Of a DNA stretch of 64,000 nt, positions 58,197 to 64,000 are shown one piece after another. This DNA is from Gemmatimonadota bacterium (GTDB lineage: Bacteria > Gemmatimonadota > Gemmatimonadetes > Longimicrobiales > Gaopeijiaceae), in assembly GCA_007125845.1 (NCBI GenBank), contig SLCK01000014.1, forward strand, positions 16,546 through 80,545, written 5' to 3'. A program made the translations under genes and the position numbers. How positions within the stretch are numbered: position 1 is the stretch's first letter; each line of letters opens with the position of its first letter. The notes beneath the pieces are model-generated. The model was not told where the DNA came from. It worked only from the letters and a program-made list of their open reading frames with translations, and searched no databases.

Positions 58197-59194
58197 TGGT
58201 TCTTCTTTTCTCCGCCCTCGTTCTACTCCCGCTCGACGTAGAGACCCAGGCGCAGGGTCAGGGTGTCGAATCCGTACCCGAGGCGCGGCTGGTGGAGGTG
58301 AGCCGTCACCCGGAGGCTCCCGCGTTCGGTGAAGTCTTCGAGCTGAGCCTCACCCTGCGCCTCGCTCCGGGATTCGTGGCCTTCGTACCCGACACGTTGG
58401 TTCCCACGGCGGCGGCGGCAAGCGCCGCGCCGGGAGAATGGCGGACGGAGCCCGCCCCCGGAGACTCGACGGACATCGTGGCCCGCTATCCCGTGGTCGG
58501 CTACCGGGAGGCGCTGATCGAATATCCCTGGATCGAGCTCGGCTTCGGTCCGGCGGGACCGGGGGACGACGGCGCGGCGGTGCGGAGCGCCTCGGAGGCG
58601 GGAGCCGCCACGGGAGTGGAGCTGGATACGCGCCTGCTCCGGCTGGGCGGAGTGACTCTCGAACCCCTTGCGCCCGCCAGCGACGGACTCACGGGGCTTT
58701 CATTGAGGCCCCCGGCCGGGGTGCTTGGTGCCGATTGGAGTCCCTGGTTCATCGTCGCCGCTAGCCTGGGCGGACTTCTGGTGCTGCTGGGAGGGGGCCT
58801 GGCGGGGTCGAGATGGTGGCGATCGACGCTCGCACCGGCGCTGGCGCAGCGGCAGAAGAAAGATCCGCGACGGCTCGCTCTGCAGGAGCTGGATCGCATC
58901 CGGGACTCCGGGCTGCACCGGAACGGCCGGATCGAGCTCTTCTACCGATCGACCACCGATACGCTCCGGAGCTTCCTCCGGGAGCTCGAGCCGGATTGGG
59001 GACCCGATCTGACATCGACGGAGCTCATGACGAGGCTCGACGAGCGCTGGACCGCGGCGGAGCTCGAGCGGCTGGCATCGGCTGTGGCGACGGCCGAGCG
59101 GGTAAAGTTCGGCCGACACCTCCCGAGCCCGGAGGTCGCCGAGGGGGACTGGGCGGTCGTCCGCGAGTGGATCCGTGAGGCCCCGGAGGCGTGA
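58193..59194 (+). CDS. membrane protein of the Bat-like operon (DUF4381-like)
   Basis: Start trimmed to ATG 58193 (ATGA overlap). Signal MMVLLFSALVLLPL. Central TM WFIVAASLGGLLVLLGGGLAG, followed by a helical tail. Confidence 0.55.
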   Translation: MMVLLFSALVLLPLDVETQAQGQGVESVPEARLVEVSRHPEAPAFGEVFELSLTLRLAPGFVAFVPDTLVPTAAAASAAPGEWRTEPAPGDSTDIVARYPVVGYREALIEYPWIELGFGPAGPGDDGAAVRSASEAGAATGVELDTRLLRLGGVTLEPLAPASDGLTGLSLRPPAGVLGADWSPWFIVAASLGGLLVLLGGGLAGSRWWRSTLAPALAQRQKKDPRRLALQELDRIRDSGLHRNGRIELFYRSTTDTLRSFLRELEPDWGPDLTSTELMTRLDERWTAAELERLASAVATAERVKFGRHLPSPEVAEGDWAVVREWIREAPEA

Positions 59195-60201
59195 TGCCCA
59201 TCGAGCTCGAGCGTCCCGAGTTCCTGTACCTCCTCGCGCTTCTCCCGCTCTGGTGGACCCTCGTGTGGCCGAGGGCCGGCTACGGAATCCGCTTCACTCG
59301 CGGGGATTCGGTCCGGGAGATGGTAGGGCGTTGGCGGATCCCCGCCCTGTTTCCGCTCTTCCTGCCGATCGCCCTCAGGTCCCTGGCGATCATGAGCCTT
59401 GTGATTGCGCTTGCGGACCCCTATCGGGTCGAGACCGTGGAGGAAGTGTCGATCGAGGGGATGGGCATCGGGATCGTCGTCGACCTGTCGACTTCGATGC
59501 TTGCCACCGACATGGAGGACTCTCAGGATCGCCTGACGGTGGCACGGTCGGCGGCAATCGACTTCGCCCGCAGCCGGCCCCATGACGAGCTCAGCCTCAT
59601 CGGCTTCGCCGGGCAACCCGTTACCCGCGTTCCCCCCACCCGGGACCTCGACCTGATCGAGCAGGGCGTCGAGACGCTCGAGATCGGCCTGATCCGGGAC
59701 GGCACGGACATCTCGGCCGCCCTGCTCGCTTCGGCGAATCGACTCCTCGAGTCCGAGCAGGAGCCGAGGGTCGTCGTCCTCCTCACCGACGGCGCGCACA
59801 ACGGGGTCGGTGTGCCTCCTCTCGCGGCGGCTCGGGCGGCTGCCGCCCTGGGGGTGAGGGTCCACGCGATGAGCATCCTCGGACCGGATGCCGGCGTTCG
59901 CCCGGGAATGGTCTCCGGGGGAGCCTCTGGAGCCGCAGCAGCAGCGGAGCGGATGCGCACCGACATGCGTAGGGTGCTCGAAGGGATTGCCGACATCACC
60001 GGGGGCCGGTACTTCCATGCCTCGAGCGGGGCCGCGCTGGACTCGATATACGCGGAGATCGGTCGGATCGAAACGCCCGTCGAAGTGGTGGCGGACCACG
60101 AGGAACGTCGACCGGAGCGAGGGTGGCCCCTCGCGGCCGGGCTGCTTTTCCTGGGCCTCGAATTCGGGTTGAAGGGCTCGCGCTGGGAGGTCATCCCATG
60201 A
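59191..60201 (+). CDS. VWA-domain membrane protein (BatA-like)
   Basis: 336 aa. N-terminal TM helices, MIDAS VDLSTSM, C-terminal TM. Confidence 0.85.
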   Translation: MMPIELERPEFLYLLALLPLWWTLVWPRAGYGIRFTRGDSVREMVGRWRIPALFPLFLPIALRSLAIMSLVIALADPYRVETVEEVSIEGMGIGIVVDLSTSMLATDMEDSQDRLTVARSAAIDFARSRPHDELSLIGFAGQPVTRVPPTRDLDLIEQGVETLEIGLIRDGTDISAALLASANRLLESEQEPRVVVLLTDGAHNGVGVPPLAAARAAAALGVRVHAMSILGPDAGVRPGMVSGGASGAAAAAERMRTDMRRVLEGIADITGGRYFHASSGAALDSIYAEIGRIETPVEVVADHEERRPERGWPLAAGLLFLGLEFGLKGSRWEVIP

Positions 60202-61277
60202 GCCTGAGCTTCGGGGACCCGTTCTACCTCTCGGTCGGGGCCGGGCTGGTCGTCCTCCTCCTCATGGCCTTCCGAAGCCACGCCCGTCGCCGACAGGCGT
60301 TGGCCGGTGCCCTGGGCGGCCGCCGAGCCGCGTCCCGGCTCTCCAGGCGCGATCTCTACCGTGTGCGGCTCGAGCGAGCTCTCCTCCTGGGACTCGCCGC
60401 GGCGGCCGTGGCGGCCGCAGCCGCCGAGCCCCGCTGGGCAGGAGAGGTGCCTCCGCCCGAACCTCCCCCCCTCCCCCGGAGCGTGGTGATCGCGATCGAC
60501 GTCTCGATGTCGATGCAGGCCGACGATCTTCCCCCGACCCGTCTCGCCACCGCTGTCGACATCGCGCACGACCTGATCGAGGCCCTCGAAGGGGAACGCG
60601 TGGGCCTCCTCCTCTTCGCGGGAAACACCTATCCTCTGGCCACGCCCACGCTCGATCACGCGGCCCTCGGTTACTTGCTGCGCGGCGTGACTCACACGAT
60701 CGCGAGCGCCCACGATCCGGGGACCTTGCTCTCGAATGCGATTCGGGAATCGGTCACCCTCCTGTCCCGGGTAGCAGCCGGAGACGGGGAGCGGGGAGGG
60801 GAAGAGGCGATCGTCCTGATCGGGGACGGCGAAGCGGGGGAGCCGGGCTCCGCGGTACTGGAGGCGGTCCGGGACGCCGGCGACCGGGGAATCGCCGTCC
60901 ACGCCATCGGGGTCGGCACCTCCGCCGGAGGCGGAATGGTCATCCCGGAAGCGCCCTTCCAGCTCGAGCGCACGGTGGTGGATCAGGGTGGGGCGCCCGC
61001 AATCTCGCGATTGGAGGAGACCCTCCTCGTCCAGATCGCCGCAGCAGGCCGAGGTGAATACGCCCTTGCTGGGGATCCGGGCGACATGGATCAGCTCAGG
61101 CACGCCGTGGCCCCTCCCCCGCGCGCCCCCCCCCCTTCCGACCTTCCTTCGCTGTGGGCCCTTTTCGACTGGGTCTTCTGGCTGACCGCCTTCGCGGTCC
61201 TCCTCCTCTTCGGGGAGGGATTGCTCGGCCTCCGGATCCCCCGCTGGAAGCCGAGCTCGGCAAGGAGCCCCGCCTGA
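60198..61277 (+). CDS. VWA-domain membrane protein (BatB-like)
   Basis: Start trimmed to ATG 60198 (ATGA overlap). MIDAS IDVSMSM. N- and C-terminal TM helices. Confidence 0.8.
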   Translation: MSLSFGDPFYLSVGAGLVVLLLMAFRSHARRRQALAGALGGRRAASRLSRRDLYRVRLERALLLGLAAAAVAAAAAEPRWAGEVPPPEPPPLPRSVVIAIDVSMSMQADDLPPTRLATAVDIAHDLIEALEGERVGLLLFAGNTYPLATPTLDHAALGYLLRGVTHTIASAHDPGTLLSNAIRESVTLLSRVAAGDGERGGEEAIVLIGDGEAGEPGSAVLEAVRDAGDRGIAVHAIGVGTSAGGGMVIPEAPFQLERTVVDQGGAPAISRLEETLLVQIAAAGRGEYALAGDPGDMDQLRHAVAPPPRAPPPSDLPSLWALFDWVFWLTAFAVLLLFGEGLLGLRIPRWKPSSARSPA

Positions 61278-62137
61278 TGTCTTCGATGGGATCGGGAGAG
61301 CGAGGTGCCCGCGGAGGGCGAGGCGCCGGCAAGGATCGCCGCTGGACCGTGGCGCTCCTCGTGACCCTCCTTCTCGTGGGGACCCTCCTCTGGGAGGATC
61401 GAACGAGCCTCGAGCGCGCCAACCGGCTCTACCGGGCCGGCGACATCGACGCGGCAGTGGAGGTCTACCGGGCCCGATCGGAGAGGCCGGACCCAGGCCG
61501 GGTCGCCGCGTACAACCTCGGCACGGCTCTTCTCCCCCTGGACCCGGAAGAAGCGGCGGCCCGGCTCCGGCTCGCCGCCCAGGAAGCCACCGATCCCCAT
61601 TCGGCCCGGCGAGCCCACTACAATCTGGGGTACCGATTCGTATCCGCCGTCGGACCGGACACCGAAGCCGACTCGGCCATCGCCCTCCTGCGGGAAGCGG
61701 TCGAGCACAATCGCCGTGCGCTCAGATTGGATCTGGAAGACCCCGACGCCCTGGTGAACCTCGCGATCGCTCAGCGGATGCTGGACTCCCTCACCTTCCC
61801 GACGGGCGATGTTACCGGAGTCGCGACCCCGGGCGAAGACGAGACGCGTATCGACGATCTGGCTCTCGTTCGCTCGGAGATGGGTGCAGGCGAATCCGGA
61901 GAGGAACCTGAACAGCCTCGTGCCGCCGAGAGTCTGGGGGAGCGTCGCGGAGCTTCGGTGGGTGCGCACGAGGCGTGGACCTTCCAGGATCCGGGACCGC
62001 TGTCCGAGGCGGAGGCCCAGAGAATCCTGGCGGAGATCGAGGATCCTCCCGAACGCCTGGTGCGAGGAATCCTGTGGTCGCTCCGGCCCGACGTGTCCTG
62101 GTGGACCTCCGAGGGGTACCCCGGCGGGTCCTGGTAG
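61277..62137 (+). CDS. TPR-repeat protein (BatC-like)
   Basis: Start trimmed to ATG 61277 (1-nt overlap with the upstream stop). TM WTVALLVTLLLVGTLLW. TPR-like ANRLYRAGDIDAAVEVYR, AAYNLGTAL, AHYNLGYRF. Confidence 0.7.
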   Translation: MSSMGSGERGARGGRGAGKDRRWTVALLVTLLLVGTLLWEDRTSLERANRLYRAGDIDAAVEVYRARSERPDPGRVAAYNLGTALLPLDPEEAAARLRLAAQEATDPHSARRAHYNLGYRFVSAVGPDTEADSAIALLREAVEHNRRALRLDLEDPDALVNLAIAQRMLDSLTFPTGDVTGVATPGEDETRIDDLALVRSEMGAGESGEEPEQPRAAESLGERRGASVGAHEAWTFQDPGPLSEAEAQRILAEIEDPPERLVRGILWSLRPDVSWWTSEGYPGGSW

Positions 62138-62215
62138 CGGCTCGCGGGTCAGACGTCGAGGGAACCGCCGCCAACGGTACCGAGCAGCAGAGGCGTCAAG
62201 TCCTCGACGGCGGCG

Positions 62216-63352
62216 TCAGCAACGACCGAGGGCTCCGTTGGCAGTCCCGATGACGGAGGCCACGTAGCGCACTCGCGCGTCCGGCAGCATCCCATTCCCG
62301 CAGCTCAGTTGCTCAAAAACGACGCGACTCGCCCGAAGGGCGTCGAGGCCGACCGGATCGGCGCTGAGCTTGAGGTGCACGAAGGGAGGACGTCTCATGT
62401 CGACGCTCGGACGAAGATCTCCGTCCAGGCTCATGCGAGCGGGAAGGACCTTCAGGCTCACGGAGCGCAGCACGTTGCCCCCGACCGCGAGAATGCGCTC
62501 CCCCTCGACGTCCACCTTCACCACGACATCGCAATGCGTGCTCGCGCCGGTGCCCATCTGGCGCCGCCTTTCCGCGAGGTTGCGGTACACGGGACGACGG
62601 GAATTGCAGAGGAGATCGCCGGGCTCCACTGCCGCCTCTCCGATGTCGTAGGCCACATATGCCGCTCCGGGAGCCGCTCCATCCCGGGCGCGGATCGCCT
62701 GGTCGATGTACGACCGATGTGCGATGGCTCGCCGAAAGCGGTCCTGGGAAGCCAGCCCTGCTTCGCACATCACCCAGGACACGAACGCGGCGGACCACGG
62801 CGCCACCCAACGCGACCCAATCCCGTTCGTCCCATTCCACGCCCGATTCTGCTGGGAGACGATTCCAGGCCCTTCCGGAGTCACGACCCAGTATCCGGCG
62901 ATCGTCGCTGCGACACGGGCCGCTTCCTCCGGGTTCGCCAGGGGAACGCGTCCCGCTCCTACAGTGGATTCGACCACGATTCCCACCCCGCGCTGACCCA
63001 TCCCCGGCGGAAGAAGTCGAACCTCATCGACATGGTCCACTACCGGGGAGCCGAAGAAGATCCATTCGCCTACCGCGACGTCGACGATACGCTGTCTCAC
63101 TCCTTCCGAAGGCAGCTCCCGGCACTCCCGGTCCACTGCGGTCATCCGGCCGGGGAGGCCGGAAACCCGTTCGGAGGGAGGACGCACCTCAGGTAGCGCA
63201 GACGAGGCATGCCGGGACGGCACCTCCTGGGCCTCGAGGACGGGTGCCGCTCCCAGCACAAGCCCTCCAGCGAGCAAGAGGCCGACCCGGAAGAAGCTCG
63301 GGAAGTGCCGGAAGGCGAATGACCGACTTGGTCCGGTACGGCTGCGCGTCAC
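62216..63352 (-). CDS. secreted DUF2272-like protein
   Basis: 378 aa. Signal FFRVGLLLAGGLVLGAAPVLEA. Blocks VGEWIFFG and PWSAAFVSWVMCEAGL resemble DUF2272. Family assignment is tentative. Confidence 0.55.
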   Translation of the reverse strand: MTRSRTGPSRSFAFRHFPSFFRVGLLLAGGLVLGAAPVLEAQEVPSRHASSALPEVRPPSERVSGLPGRMTAVDRECRELPSEGVRQRIVDVAVGEWIFFGSPVVDHVDEVRLLPPGMGQRGVGIVVESTVGAGRVPLANPEEAARVAATIAGYWVVTPEGPGIVSQQNRAWNGTNGIGSRWVAPWSAAFVSWVMCEAGLASQDRFRRAIAHRSYIDQAIRARDGAAPGAAYVAYDIGEAAVEPGDLLCNSRRPVYRNLAERRRQMGTGASTHCDVVVKVDVEGERILAVGGNVLRSVSLKVLPARMSLDGDLRPSVDMRRPPFVHLKLSADPVGLDALRASRVVFEQLSCGNGMLPDARVRYVASVIGTANGALGRC

Positions 63353-63512
63353 GGGTCACCTTTCCGGAAGGGGTGAGAGCGGCACTGCAGATGAGGAGCG
63401 ACACGAACTGGATACAACTCTCCAACCACGCTGGTTCCCAGGCGGGGCGCCCCCGACCTTCGAGGAGGCTCCGCCGTCCTGACCGGACGGTCCCGCGACC
63501 TGGAGTCCCGCA

Positions 63513-64000
63513 TCAGGCAACTTCGTCTCCCATTCGGGCCTCCACCTCCTCGAGACGAGGCGGCTCGACGTGACGAAGCGCGTCGATATTGCCCGACACA
63601 TTCCGTCCCTCTCGCAGCCGGATCACGAGCAGCCCGCTGCTCAACGCCCCGGGATGGAGGACCCTCCCGGCGAGCTCTGCCACCTCCAGATCCCGGTTCC
63701 GGATCAAGGTGGCCTGCCGGTCGGGCGGGATCGGAGCGAGCCGCTCCGCGAATCGCCAGGCCTCCCGCCGTGCGACCCGGACGCTGAAGTTGATGAGCAC
63801 GTCCCCGCGTGCACCGCCGACCCGATCCAGAAACCCGATCCATGGGGACACGCTTCCAAGGTTCCGTCGCACCTCGAGGACCATCGAAGCGAGAATCTCG
63901 TTGATCCGATCGAAGTCCCTGCGCAGGGAAGCGAGTGCCTGGCCAGGGGACACGCGCGCGGCCGCGATGCCCAGGTCCAGGTTGATGTGGGCGTTGATGG
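63513..64000 (-). CDS. hypothetical protein, C-terminal part (5' end off window)
   Basis: The reading frame stays open upstream of the GTG at 63953 to the window edge (...INAHINLDLGIAAARVSPGQALASL...). No domain recognised. Confidence 0.45.
   Translation of the reverse strand, partial: INAHINLDLGIAAARVSPGQALASLRRDFDRINEILASMVLEVRRNLGSVSPWIGFLDRVGGARGDVLINFSVRVARREAWRFAERLAPIPPDRQATLIRNRDLEVAELAGRVLHPGALSSGLLVIRLREGRNVSGNIDALRHVEPPRLEEVEARMGDEVA

Noticed and set aside
62145-62210. CGTCGAGG ... CCTCGACG inverted repeat between the convergent BatC-like and DUF2272-like genes, considered as a terminator
   Set aside because: The loop of about 41 nt is too large for an intrinsic terminator, and there is no U-tract.
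1-64000. Search for mobile elements, prophage, integrons or genomic-island boundaries
   Set aside because: No transposase, integrase or recombinase motifs, no flanking tRNA, no long inverted or direct terminal repeats, and no obvious compositional break were seen. The region looks like core chromosome.

Overview
GC-rich bacterial chromosomal segment with strong GC3 bias, densely coding (about 55 genes). I saw no rRNA, tRNA, CRISPR array, transposase or integrase. Many long antisense ORFs in the track are GC artefacts. Taxonomy cannot be assigned from this sequence alone. Many genes are joined by ATGA-type start/stop overlaps, which helps define operons. Left to right: two tandem Tat-signal aldo/keto reductases; an ABC-2 exporter; a PAS histidine kinase; a fasciclin lipoprotein divergent from a CarH-type B12 photoreceptor regulator, with GTTTGTACA repeats between them; a long minus-strand operon FHA - PP2C - Ser/Thr kinase with extracytoplasmic RCC1 propeller - TPR - giant Ig/IPT-repeat lipoprotein; DUF368; an amidohydrolase; a large membrane-anchored patatin; a hybrid HK - GspE/PilB-family ATPase with fused receiver - Hpt operon, convergent with a pseudopilin operon (PilV/PilW/PilX-like) that has a sigma54-like promoter; assorted redox and stress genes; cardiolipin synthase; two NHL-propeller paralogs plus gamma-glutamyltransferase; a MATE - ABC-2 - ATPase - ABC-2::CPBP-protease operon; an SLC13 permease with four TrkA-C domains; photolyase followed by a MoxR-DUF58-VWA-TPR (Bat-like) operon. 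The best candidate for an undescribed system is at 24.1-31.3 kb. There a type IV filament/secretion ATPase appears to be the terminal receiver of a His-Asp-His-Asp phosphorelay, next to minor pseudopilins. All functional calls rest on motifs read from the translations; no database search was possible.
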